64,000 bases of DNA from Nitrosopumilus sp. (GCA_965197525.1 OZ240211.1:1696001-1760000); one strand, 5' to 3'. Shown: positions 9,994-19,087, numbered from the stretch's first letter. Program-made: numbers and translations. Notes: generated from the sequence alone by a model not told the origin.

Positions 9994-10370
9994 GCATCAA
10001 TATAGTTCTTTTTTCGGTTCCATTACGCCAACGATGGCGGTGTCAAAAGGCAGAGTGGTGTTGACTGCTTGGAGGGCCTGACAGGCCATATACTAACCGT
10101 AGATAAACATCTGATCCTATTCACAAGCGCAGACAGGTACAATTACAACTTTGTAATTAATAGCAAGCCCAAGGGTGGAACGTACCAAATCCGGCCCGGC
10201 TGTGCGGCATTTTCAGGTTCCATGACATCAATGATGGCAGTGTAGGTAGGGCAAAATGATGTCAACTGTCTGGGGCTCTGACAGGTCACCTGCGCAGCTT
10301 TGTAGACAGTGCTGGATGTTGTATACGCAAACTATTCTTTAAAAAGGTATTTTCATTCGTTTACTGTGCT

Positions 10371-10565
10371 TCATTTCAGTGTGTAGTCATACCGATCAAA
10401 ATGAACACCATATTCATTAAAAATCTCTTTCGCTCTTTCTTCAATATCTTCCCAAACCTTGGCATCGTCTTCGCATTGATGAGTCAGAACGCCATTATAC
10501 TTTTTCAGATTCTGGATTTTCCCTATAAATCCAATACTATCATGCGCGCATTCATAACACATCAT
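10371..10565 (-). CDS. hypothetical protein or fragment
   Basis: 64-aa ORF with protein-like composition, same strand as neighbours. Confidence 0.35.
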   Translation of the reverse strand: MMCYECAHDSIGFIGKIQNLKKYNGVLTHQCEDDAKVWEDIEERAKEIFNEYGVHFDRYDYTLK

Positions 10566-10665
10566 ATCAGACTATCAAAAGCAGGTTGTTATGGAAAAAT
10601 ATTACACTAATTTTTCATCCTTGGCATAGATCTCTAATTTTAGAACCAAATGAGAGCAAACTTCA

Positions 10666-11319
10666 TTATTCCACGCAATCATTGAATGAATCCCCATTAA
10701 TAAGATGGATTGTACCTATACATGGATCATAAATTTTTCTAAAGTCTTCTGGTCTGCTTATTGTCTTTATTCCTGCAAATGCACGAATGTTAGCATTTGG
10801 AAATGCATCTATCAGTCGATTTGCAGCTCCGATGAATGTAGATCCTCTTGTTATAAAATCGTCTATAAGCAAGATTTCATCCGGTTCAGAAAGTTCTTTT
10901 TGAACTACCATTGTATCATAATGCTCTTGAGCTTTTGGCCTATTTGCACTCGAACTGGTATGAGATTTTCGTAAAGGTTTTATCCGTTCAAGACATGAAC
11001 TAACTTTTTTTCCCAGACCGTTATTTACTAGAGCAGTTGCCAAGCGTTGTGGAACCCAAAGTGTATTTGCTTTAGTGAGAGAACTGTTCGGAGTCGGAAT
11101 AAGAATCGGATCGGTGTTAAAGAAATGAGCAAAAGGAAGTCTTTCCAAATTATTCTTAATTCCTTGTGCTATGTACTCAGTCATCAGAATGTTGTCTTTT
11201 TCCAAATATTCGTCAGTCTTCAATTTTGCTTTGAATGTCCTTGAACGAGCCTCTTCGTCTGTAGTTCCGCGAGGGGAATATGTTAGAAGAGACCCAAATT
11301 CAATATTAGAAATTTTCAT
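10666..11319 (-). CDS. type I phosphoribosyltransferase (ComF-like / ShosT-like)
   Basis: PRPP-binding motif ILLIDDFITRGSTF; LIPTPNS; directly downstream of dprA-like gene. Confidence 0.8.
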   Translation of the reverse strand: MKISNIEFGSLLTYSPRGTTDEEARSRTFKAKLKTDEYLEKDNILMTEYIAQGIKNNLERLPFAHFFNTDPILIPTPNSSLTKANTLWVPQRLATALVNNGLGKKVSSCLERIKPLRKSHTSSSANRPKAQEHYDTMVVQKELSEPDEILLIDDFITRGSTFIGAANRLIDAFPNANIRAFAGIKTISRPEDFRKIYDPCIGTIHLINGDSFNDCVE

Positions 11320-11330
11320 AGCTATTATTA

Positions 11331-12029
11331 TTAAAATACATCAATTACCTCGAACTGTGTTGGCAATACTTCAAGAATGTCAAACGGATTGGATAGTTCT
11401 ATTGCTCCGTGTTCAATCATTTCTGTTGGCCACTCCAATTCTTCATTATTCACAACAGATTTCCAAATGAATAACGGTCTTCCCATTCTAAGAGTTTCCC
11501 ATCCTTGATGTTTTGAACCACTTGTTTTTCCAGCTTCTACAATTACAGAAGCGTCAGAAATAAGTGCCATTGTTCTGTTTCGTATCACAAAATTTTTTCT
11601 AGTAATTGGGTAGCCGGTTGGAAATTGTGAAACTACAAGATGATTTTTCATTAATTCTTGTTGAAGCTCATAATTTATTTTTGGATATGTTTTGTCTAAT
11701 GGTGTACCTATTACAGCAATAGTTTTTCCATTCATGTTTAATGCTGTTACGTGTGCAGCAGTATCGATCCCTTCAGCCAGTCCACTAACAATAGTTACTT
11801 TATTTTCAACCAGCGTCTTTGTAATTTTTTGAGTATTCTCAATGCCTTGTGGGGACGCTTTTCTGGAACCAATGACTGACACTTTCGGGCACGGGAGCGG
11901 AATTTTCAAAGAACCCTGTACAAATAGTGACTCTGGATCAGCTTTTGATTCAATATCATTAAGTGCACGGCCTAGAAGTTTTGCAGCAGTTATTGACAAA
12001 TATTCTCTTCTCTCAAGCATTACTATCAC
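11331..12029 (-). CDS. dprA: DprA/Smf-family protein (Rossmann core only; ShosA-like)
   Basis: VIGSRKAS, IVSGLAEGIDTAAH, IAVIGT, FVIRNRTMALIS, VVEAGKTSGS-type motifs. Confidence 0.85.
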   Translation of the reverse strand: MIVMLERREYLSITAAKLLGRALNDIESKADPESLFVQGSLKIPLPCPKVSVIGSRKASPQGIENTQKITKTLVENKVTIVSGLAEGIDTAAHVTALNMNGKTIAVIGTPLDKTYPKINYELQQELMKNHLVVSQFPTGYPITRKNFVIRNRTMALISDASVIVEAGKTSGSKHQGWETLRMGRPLFIWKSVVNNEELEWPTEMIEHGAIELSNPFDILEVLPTQFEVIDVF

Positions 12030-12214
12030 ATCTTACAATATCTAATCTTTTTAGTACTTTCATGATCTTGTATTGAACTGTACATAATATATAATAAATT
12101 TGTCTAATTAGATAAGATATGCCAATTTTTGGAAATATTGAATCGTAGGAAAAGGAATAATTCAATGAAAAATAAATAGTGTTATGGGTATTTTGTATAG
12201 TTTTAGATTGAATG

Positions 12215-12997
12215 CTAAATTATTTTTCTCCAACGCAGAAATTTTGCTAATTCTAAAGGAGGCATGAACACAATTAAATGCGGGTTTCCTCTAGCCATTC
12301 CTTCGAGTTGCATTTCAGAAATAACACTATCTACAGGTTCCAATGCAGATACAAGAATTACATAGTCGGGGTTGGTTCTATTATGGGCCTTTGATACTTG
12401 GTAAGAAATAGATTCCCAATTCAGTTTTTTCAATTTTTGACTTCCGCCTAAACTCTTATAGCCTTTTACAACTACAGCAAAAGAAGATTTTTTACTGTTC
12501 ATGTCCAAGTAAAAATGTTCTATATCTGCAACTTCATGTGCAGAATCTTTCCCTCTCCTAGGAATTGGAGATGCCTCTTTTTCTCTTAATGCATTTCTTA
12601 ATGCCTCTTGAATAACACTTTCATAGATTTTTGAAAGCGTTTCATCAATATTCTTTATATCCAAATGTTTTATCTCTTTAATTTCTGGAAATACATCATA
12701 GATTGTAAGTGGTATGTGTGTCTTATCTTGAGGTATAGTGATTTGTTTTTTCTCAAGATGTTTGAATAATTTCTGTAAATATTCCAGTTTTTTAACTCGG
12801 TTGAATCTAAAGAAATTTGTTTTTATCCTTCGCATTTTACTAACACACCATTCTAAATCTCTCTTTTCACTGAGACATTGATAATAAATTCCCGATATTT
12901 GTGAGACATAATCATCATCATCTTTATATCCTTCTTGTTTGTTAATTCGGAGAATCTCAGATAGAATTGTTATTTCCGTTTCTTTTTTACTTGTCAT
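12215..12997 (-). CDS. putative PD-(D/E)xK restriction-like nuclease, last gene of the HTH operon
   Basis: ESVIQEAL / EVADIEH / AVVVKG / QVSKA arrangement fits motifs I-IV of the fold; start overlaps upstream HTH gene by 11 bp. Confidence 0.55.
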   Translation of the reverse strand: MTSKKETEITILSEILRINKQEGYKDDDDYVSQISGIYYQCLSEKRDLEWCVSKMRRIKTNFFRFNRVKKLEYLQKLFKHLEKKQITIPQDKTHIPLTIYDVFPEIKEIKHLDIKNIDETLSKIYESVIQEALRNALREKEASPIPRRGKDSAHEVADIEHFYLDMNSKKSSFAVVVKGYKSLGGSQKLKKLNWESISYQVSKAHNRTNPDYVILVSALEPVDSVISEMQLEGMARGNPHLIVFMPPLELAKFLRWRKII

Positions 12998-13370
12998 TGT
13001 TTATCTTTCTTAATAATTTCGACAAAGCCTCGCTTAACCTTATAATTTTGTCAATCTTCGTTTTTTGATAAATTGTAGTGGTACTAACGCTTTTTAGTTC
13101 AATTATGCCCATTGCAGTAAGTTTAGCAATTTCTCTAGATACGTTTGATTGCTTCATTACTAATTGTTTTGCAATATCCGATACAGTTTTGTTTCCATCT
13201 ATTTCCAAAAACACGTTTGCGGCAACTGTTTGTCTTTTAAAGAACACCATCATGTCCTCACGAATTTCTTTTGACTGGGGTCTGATTAACCATGGCATGA
13301 AACTATCCATAGATTCTACCCTTTGTAAAATCTTATCTATTTTTTCATGAAGTTCTTTTGATTCTGTCAC
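12987..13370 (-). CDS. winged-HTH protein (array member 9)
   Basis: VFLEIDGNKTVSDIAKQLVMKQSNVSREIAKLTAMGIIE. Confidence 0.8.
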   Translation of the reverse strand: MTESKELHEKIDKILQRVESMDSFMPWLIRPQSKEIREDMMVFFKRQTVAANVFLEIDGNKTVSDIAKQLVMKQSNVSREIAKLTAMGIIELKSVSTTTIYQKTKIDKIIRLSEALSKLLRKINNDK

Positions 13371-13378
13371 ATTATCAC

Positions 13379-13672
13379 CTAAAATCTCTGCTCGTGTATT
13401 TTGTTATCATTTTTTTCGATAGTTTTGATCAGACCTTTGCGTCGTAGGCTTCCCAGCACTGTGTTTACATACTTTGAATCTTTGTGTATATTTTTCATAA
13501 TGTCGGCAGTTGTATTCGTTCCATTACATAATTTGTAACCAGATTCTTCCACAGAACCAGATTTTAGTAATTTTAGTTTTATTTCTTCAATTTTGTCTTG
13601 GTTAGACAAAAGCAATAGTCCTCTGATATCCTCTAATAAATCACATATGTTTGATAGCTTGTCTTCAGACAT
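13379..13672 (-). CDS. winged-HTH protein (array member 8)
   Basis: YKLCNGTNTTADIMKNIHKDSKYVNTVLGSLRRKGLIK. Confidence 0.75.
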   Translation of the reverse strand: MSEDKLSNICDLLEDIRGLLLLSNQDKIEEIKLKLLKSGSVEESGYKLCNGTNTTADIMKNIHKDSKYVNTVLGSLRRKGLIKTIEKNDNKIHEQRF

Positions 13673-14051
13673 TTCGATTCTCCTTGTGTCTAGGTTGATC
13701 TTTTAGAGATTCTTCCTTCTTTTCCTCAGACGTACGGATGTTTTCCAATAAACCTATCCACGATGATGGAGCGTAATCAAGATTTCGTGTAGGATGTTTG
13801 TTATATTGCCTTTCAACTAAATCAGCATCTTTGAAAATGTTTAAGAAAATACACACTACATGATTTATCTTTCCGATGATTTTTGCAATGTCATCAGATG
13901 GTCTTGCCCCATCAAGCAAAACCTGCATTTTTTTTCGATCATCACTTGTGGCATATTTTGCGAGTTCCTTTGTAATAGCTGATCCATTGCCAATTGTAAT
14001 GCTACTTGAAATTTTCTTGGATTCTGTCAGAATCACTTCGTCGTTAGGCAT
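13665..14051 (-). CDS. winged-HTH protein (array member 7)
   Basis: VLLDGARPSDDIAKIIGKINHVVCIFLNIFKDADLVE. Confidence 0.7.
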   Translation of the reverse strand: MPNDEVILTESKKISSSITIGNGSAITKELAKYATSDDRKKMQVLLDGARPSDDIAKIIGKINHVVCIFLNIFKDADLVERQYNKHPTRNLDYAPSSWIGLLENIRTSEEKKEESLKDQPRHKENRNV

Positions 14052-14442
14052 TTTGTTTTACCTCAGTTGTAGGTTGTTCTTCTGGTTGAGTTTGTTTGGT
14101 TTCAGTTTTTACTTCTAGAGACTTTATTCCAAAATCTTCCAAGTCAAATGAGCGTTGAAACCTCTTCCCTCCTTTATTTGAAATGGATTCACCTAAACCA
14201 AGTTTTTCCCACGATTTCCAGCGTTGGTGCACTGTTGCGGATGCTATGCCCTTTACAATCTTTGCAATTTCCTGTGTTCCTTTAGTTCCATCGCTTAATT
14301 GGTAGACTTGTTTTCTAACATCATCACCATTGAATTCATCTTCTAGAACGGGTTTGATATCTTTGATTCCAGATACTTTAATCCATTTTAAAATCTCTTT
14401 CAACACTTTAGTTTGGTCACTGTCATTACTCATGTCTTTCAA
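14044..14442 (-). CDS. winged-HTH protein (array member 6)
   Basis: VYQLSDGTKGTQEIAKIVKGIASATVHQRWKSWEKLGLGE. Confidence 0.75.
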   Translation of the reverse strand: MKDMSNDSDQTKVLKEILKWIKVSGIKDIKPVLEDEFNGDDVRKQVYQLSDGTKGTQEIAKIVKGIASATVHQRWKSWEKLGLGESISNKGGKRFQRSFDLEDFGIKSLEVKTETKQTQPEEQPTTEVKQNA

Positions 14443-14791
14443 CCTCTCCTTGCTCTGTTTGTGTATCGTATTGTCTCCTTGGTTCTTGATTTGTAATTAT
14501 TTCCATCGATTCGAAATCAAATGCTTTTGTGAATCGATGTCCACTGCTAGCAATAGTATGTTTTCCAAAATCCAACAAGATCCATTTTTTCCACCAATCA
14601 TCTATTGCCGAATGGTCTACACCTGTGAGTTTTCCAACATCGTGGATAGTTCTTTGTCCGTCATTGTATGCTTGTTTTCTCTTGTCATCGTTGATATCGG
14701 ATTCAATCACAGTTATTAGTTGGTTTATACCAAACAAATGTAACCAATTAGCCATTTCTCTTCCGCGTGCAATCTGTTCCAAATTACTCAT
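14426..14791 (-). CDS. winged-HTH protein (array member 5), paralog of member 6
   Basis: KQAYNDGQRTIHDVGKLTGVDHSAIDDWWKKW...RFTKAFDFE parallels member 6 (RWKSW...RFQRSFDLE). Confidence 0.7.
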   Translation of the reverse strand: MSNLEQIARGREMANWLHLFGINQLITVIESDINDDKRKQAYNDGQRTIHDVGKLTGVDHSAIDDWWKKWILLDFGKHTIASSGHRFTKAFDFESMEIITNQEPRRQYDTQTEQGEVERHE

Positions 14792-14797
14792 CTTCTA

Positions 14798-14965
14798 TTA
14801 CCTTTTTTTTGTTTTATTTTTTGAAATAAATATGTATAATGTTTTTGTACTCATTCCTGCTGCTTTTGCAACGTCTGCATGTGAAATCCCGTTTTGGATT
14901 AACAAGAGTATCAGTAGTTTTTTTATCGACTCAAGTTCATTTTGGATTTCATTATTTTCTGCCAT
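14798..14965 (-). CDS. 55-aa HTH protein (array member 4; below ORF-track cutoff)
   Basis: Manual translation MAENNEIQNELESIKKLLILLLIQNGISHADVAKAAGMSTKTLYIFISKNKTKKR; fills the gap between members 3 and 5. Confidence 0.75.
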   Translation of the reverse strand: MAENNEIQNELESIKKLLILLLIQNGISHADVAKAAGMSTKTLYIFISKNKTKKR

Positions 14966-15197
14966 CTTTCTTCTCCTTTTCGTTTGTCTTCTTTATTCCA
15001 AATTTTACTTGCTTCAGATGGTTTGCAACATCCTTTGAGAATTTTCCCAGAATCCTTACCATGTTGCCTGTTGACAATCCAACTGAATCCATGAACAGAA
15101 GTTGATCTTTTCGTTCGATTTTTCCATATCCAGGTTGCTGATCTAACATCATCCTAATCAAAATATCCAAGCGTTTTGTAATTCTATCTCTATTCAT
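14952..15197 (-). CDS. short HTH protein (array member 3)
   Basis: Start re-placed at ATG 15197 (8-bp overlap with member 2): ITKRLDILIRMML...DQLLFMDSVGLSTGNMVRILGK. Confidence 0.7.
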   Translation of the reverse strand: MNRDRITKRLDILIRMMLDQQPGYGKIERKDQLLFMDSVGLSTGNMVRILGKFSKDVANHLKQVKFGIKKTNEKEKKDGRK

Positions 15198-15420
15198 CTT
15201 CGTCAGCCTTTTCCTTTGATTTTTTCTTCCGATGTAATTGAACTCGTACGTTGTTTGGTGTTCTACCCAGCATTGATGCAATTTCTGCTACACCCATTCC
15301 TGCGTTACTGAGTAGTTCTATCTGTTCGTTAAGAGGCTTGTGCTTAACAGCATTTAATGCAAGCAGTCTAGACATTACTGTGAGCTTCTTATCGATTGAT
15401 TTTAAAAGATCCTCACTCAT
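15190..15420 (-). CDS. short HTH protein (array member 2)
   Basis: LKSIDKKLTVMSRLL...EQIELLSNAGMGVAEIASMLGRTPNNVRVQL. Confidence 0.8.
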   Translation of the reverse strand: MSEDLLKSIDKKLTVMSRLLALNAVKHKPLNEQIELLSNAGMGVAEIASMLGRTPNNVRVQLHRKKKSKEKADEDE

Positions 15421-15646
15421 TTTTCTTCTCCTTTTTTAAAACAGATTTTTCTTTAGCGACTAATCCTGGAGAAATATTCAAAAGCTTTGCAACTTCATTA
15501 TAGTTAAAATCTAATGAAGATAATTGATAAATCTTCTCACGGTTACTAGACTCTTGAAATTTTGTAGGATTTAACAAAATGCTGATTATGGCATCAAGAC
15601 GTTTGTTAATGCTGGTTACATCATTATCATCAGGTAAATTTCTCAT
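15413..15646 (-). CDS. short HTH protein (array member 1)
   Basis: SINKRLDAIISILL...EKIYQLSSLDFNYNEVAKLLNISPGLV; ATG 15646 preferred from TATA spacing. Confidence 0.75.
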   Translation of the reverse strand: MRNLPDDNDVTSINKRLDAIISILLNPTKFQESSNREKIYQLSSLDFNYNEVAKLLNISPGLVAKEKSVLKKEKKNE

Positions 15647-15665
15647 ACAATTAATTAGGTTCAAG

Positions 15666-15675
15666 TATATTTAAA
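15666..15675 (-). promoter_or_regulatory. archaeal TATA box of the HTH operon (leaderless transcript)
   Basis: TTTAAATATA on minus strand ending 20 nt before ATG 15646. Confidence 0.5.
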
Positions 15676-16070
15676 CATTATTATTAAATTTACCTTTTAA
15701 TAATTTTAGTTTAAAATACATTAAAAAATGTATTAGGTTTTGAATTTATCGCATTTGTAATAAAAACTTCCAAGAATAGATTAATGAATTTTCTTTCTTT
15801 CTATTAACTCTTGATATGCTGAGACAAGTATCGTCATAAAAAGATGTTCCATCAATAGATCATATGTTGTTCTAGCCACTTCAAAATACCTGTAAACTCA
15901 ACCAATAAGAAACACAATTTCTAAAATTTGATGTTCGTTATTATATCCTATAGAATGAATATTGCTAGAATCTCCCAGTTGTCATGTTACAAGTATAGTA
16001 TTTTCAGGTACTTTGAAGAATCACGGGTAACACCTGCATTCTTTCTTTATGCGTCAATTATATCAAAACT

Positions 16071-16370
16071 CTAAAGATTTCCATCTTGAACAACTCTGCC
16101 TGCTTTGATGCTCTTCCCAATATCCACAACATCTTTGCAGTACTTACTTTTCATTTTCCAAAACTGATCAACCAAGTATACACTTTATCTAAATCATAAT
16201 TTTCTCCATAATCACGTAATACTTTGAACATGCTAACAGTTGCTGCTTTATCAGATAGAAGAGTAATTCCTGTAGAATAATTAACTGATGTGATAAGATT
16301 AGTGATGCTTCTTTAACTATGAATGTATGTAAAAATATCTTTGTCGTAATTCAGGTGATGGATTGACCTC
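16071..16370 (-). pseudogene. degraded gene, DUF1889-like
   Basis: RSITNLITSVNYSTGI...MFKVLRDYG...VYTWLISFGK*/KYCKDVVDIGKSIKAGRVV with stops and a frameshift; family call from recalled motif. Confidence 0.3.
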
Positions 16371-16504
16371 TTTGTAAATATGTGCTTAGCACACTTTAAT
16401 TTGAATGATGCAATCCGAGCTGCTGCATTCCTGTGTCTAGCGCACTGGCAGACGACTGCAGATTCCGATCCATTAAAAGCAGTCTATATTGAGGTGGTAA
16501 AAGG

Positions 16505-16621
16505 ATGAGAGATATTGGAATAGACATCAGCAGGAAGAAGTGTACAGTATGCGTAATGGACAACGTGATGCCACAGAACAAATTCCATGATTCGATACGA
16601 TCTTTTCTGTCGGCTGATTGA
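16505..16621 (+). pseudogene. IS110-family transposase 5' remnant
   Basis: MRDIGIDISRKKCTVCVMD matches the IS110 DEDD N-terminal GID motif; stop after 38 codons. Confidence 0.55.
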
Positions 16622-17581
16622 TCGCACTGTAAAATTGACTGTTGCTTAACAGTACGGAACGTTTTATGAGACGGTTTGCCAGACACTTGCTATCCCAGAA
16701 GGGATTAAAGCTGATTTGTAGAACAATGTACAACCTCATTTTTTATTTCTGCAATAATGAAATTCGTAAAAAATAACAAGTTGTTTTGTGCGCCAAAACC
16801 TACGCAAGAGTAATAAGGCACGTGATTTTATATACATCCAGTATGAAACCCAGTACGAGATTTCCCCTCAAATGTATAAAACAACATGAAAAAGTAGCAT
16901 TTAATTTGTGTATATTAGGAAAATATTTTCTTAGATATTGTAATTGCAATACCTAGCAATGTTATTACTCCTATTATTAAGAATAGTTCACCTGTCCCAT
17001 ATGTGTTTTACAAAATTTGGATTTACACCTAGACGACTTACTGATTTTGTATGAATATGACCGGGACAGAAGGGTAAGGCAATCAAATGATTTGCTGACC
17101 GCTCCCGGCAAATTTCGTGCGTGTGGAACCTGAAAATGCCGCGTTATCAAGGTAAATCCGGTCGGCTCTGCTGTTGCTACTACTGTTGCCTGATGTATCA
17201 CATGATTGCCCAATCACACCTGCGGTGGGTGTGGGATCCAATATTGCCGCCGTTTTTCCTCTAGGCATCCTCTCTGGTCTTTTTACTAATTACAATAGGC
17301 CTGCGCACATATCTCTGTCAGTCCAGCAGTATCATAGTGGTGAAATGGCTATGTTTTTGATATAACAGCATCGATCCTGACACAGTTTTTGTCCTGGTGC
17401 GCCTTGTATGCTGACAGCTACCGAAAATGCTGACAGTGTACAAGCTAGATCTGATACATTAGGCTAAAATTATTGCAAGGTGATATCTAGCATGCACGTG
17501 GGTAATTAAAAATAGGAAGGTAGGGATACTGTAAGCGTCCCAATCGCCTTCTGCCATCTATGATGGACTTGAACCCGACCT

Positions 17582-17607
17582 GGGTTCAAATCCCCGTGGG
17601 CCCACTC
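17582..17607 (+). repeat. att-like duplication of tRNA-Val 3' end
   Basis: GGGTTCAAATCCCCGTGGGCCCACTC identical to 4559-4584 (26 bp). Confidence 0.9.
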
Positions 17608-17637
17608 TCATTTGGGTTCAAATCCTTTTTTGATGGT

Positions 17638-17783
17638 CTATAGGTTATTTTTGGTCAGTTTTATAGTAAAAACTGACGCATTCGGATGCTTTGCCACTTT
17701 GTTATGGGGTGAACGACTACCTTGTCTTCACTGCCCTCCTTTGTTATGGTCACAGGTCTATTTCCAATTGTTTCTTTTACCAT
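17638..17783 (-). pseudogene. small ORF remnant, second copy
   Basis: MVKETIGNRPVTITKEGSEDKVVVHPIT/KVAKHPNASVFTIKLTKNNL*; same frameshift as the copy at 4601-4761. Confidence 0.5.
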
Positions 17784-17834
17784 GATTGCTCATAAAACAG
17801 TCGTTTATAGAATTTGTAATTCGCATGGATGGCC

Positions 17835-18923
17835 TCACCTACACTGAAAATTCTTTATAACCATATACCCATGTGACTTGGCATTTTCATAATGCCTGTT
17901 GATGATCTTCTCAAATTTCTGATCGAGTCTAGTTAGTGATTTTTCTAATTTTGGTATCTCTGTTCGATAACTTTTGTTTCGATCAATCAGCTTGTTAATG
18001 TATTTTCTTGGCGGCAACGCTCCAAGTTTTCTGCAATTGCATTCCTTACATGCCAGAGTCAGATTCCAAATATCATCCTCTTCAATATAGTCAAATGGTA
18101 TCACGTGTTCTACCTCCGGCGTTGGCTTGTCGTATAACTGCTCTCCGCAGTAAAAACACTCTTTGAACAATGGGAACAGCATTTTACGATACGTTGTAAG
18201 GGAACCTCTCTTTGTGTTCCTGCCTTCAGTCTTGGCGATTATCTTTGGAAGGCCTACATTGAGCTTTTCCAGAAACCTTGCCCACTCTAAAATGACTGAT
18301 TTAAGAAGACATTGATTGTATCGCTTGAAAAATTCCCTGGCTCTGGGATTCAGATTTATCCCATGTTCCAAGTCAACAGATTTCTTGTTGCTGTGAAATG
18401 TTCTATCAATTTTATACTCAAAGAACAATCTGGCCTCGGTAGCCATGTTCACTTTAATCCTCTGAAATCTCCAGGTCACATTATGAAAACAGTGTTTTTT
18501 GATCCGCATTATGCATTTTCGGATTTTTTCAGGTTCTTTTTGGCGTATTTGCTTGAATGTCTGTGGATAGTATGCCTTTGTGAATTCTTTTTCTATAATT
18601 TTGACAATCATGGGCTTTTTTGTGGCTTGTGGAGCGTGCTTGATCTTTTTCTTGCATATCTGGGTCCAATAGTATTCTAAAAAGTATCCGGCAATAGTAT
18701 CAAAGCTGACATGCGTCTCTGTGCGCTCCCTGGAATAATCCAAAAGAAATCTTGCAAATGCAAACTTGTAGGTATTGTCTTTAGAACTACGACTGATTAT
18801 GTTGAAAAACACCTTTTCAAACTCATCATCAGAGATGTCATCAAACCTAATATCCTTGACCATGCTATCTTGTGATAAGATCGGTCGTATATGAAAATAT
18901 GGCAACGCAATGGCTACATCCAT
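17835..18923 (-). CDS. HNH endonuclease, copy 2
   Basis: 362 aa; 17 substitutions versus copy 1 by manual count; HNH/zinc motif intact. Confidence 0.85.
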   Translation of the reverse strand: MDVAIALPYFHIRPILSQDSMVKDIRFDDISDDEFEKVFFNIISRSSKDNTYKFAFARFLLDYSRERTETHVSFDTIAGYFLEYYWTQICKKKIKHAPQATKKPMIVKIIEKEFTKAYYPQTFKQIRQKEPEKIRKCIMRIKKHCFHNVTWRFQRIKVNMATEARLFFEYKIDRTFHSNKKSVDLEHGINLNPRAREFFKRYNQCLLKSVILEWARFLEKLNVGLPKIIAKTEGRNTKRGSLTTYRKMLFPLFKECFYCGEQLYDKPTPEVEHVIPFDYIEEDDIWNLTLACKECNCRKLGALPPRKYINKLIDRNKSYRTEIPKLEKSLTRLDQKFEKIINRHYENAKSHGYMVIKNFQCR

Positions 18924-19087
18924 GTCTTTCTAAATTATTTTGCAGACAACTCAATCTCGAGTATCTTTGATTGGTCATACTTGATCTGACAACTAAGATC
19001 ATCGCATGTTATAGAATATACATGTCTGCTACAAGCCGTAACCGGATCAAAATAGGTTCACATAAGGACTGGAATTCTGGCCTGATA

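Noticed and set aside
10666-12029. Natural competence locus (dprA-comF)
   Set aside because: DprA lacks accessory domains, the PRTase lacks the ComF zinc finger, there are no pilus/ComEC genes, and the context is a defence island
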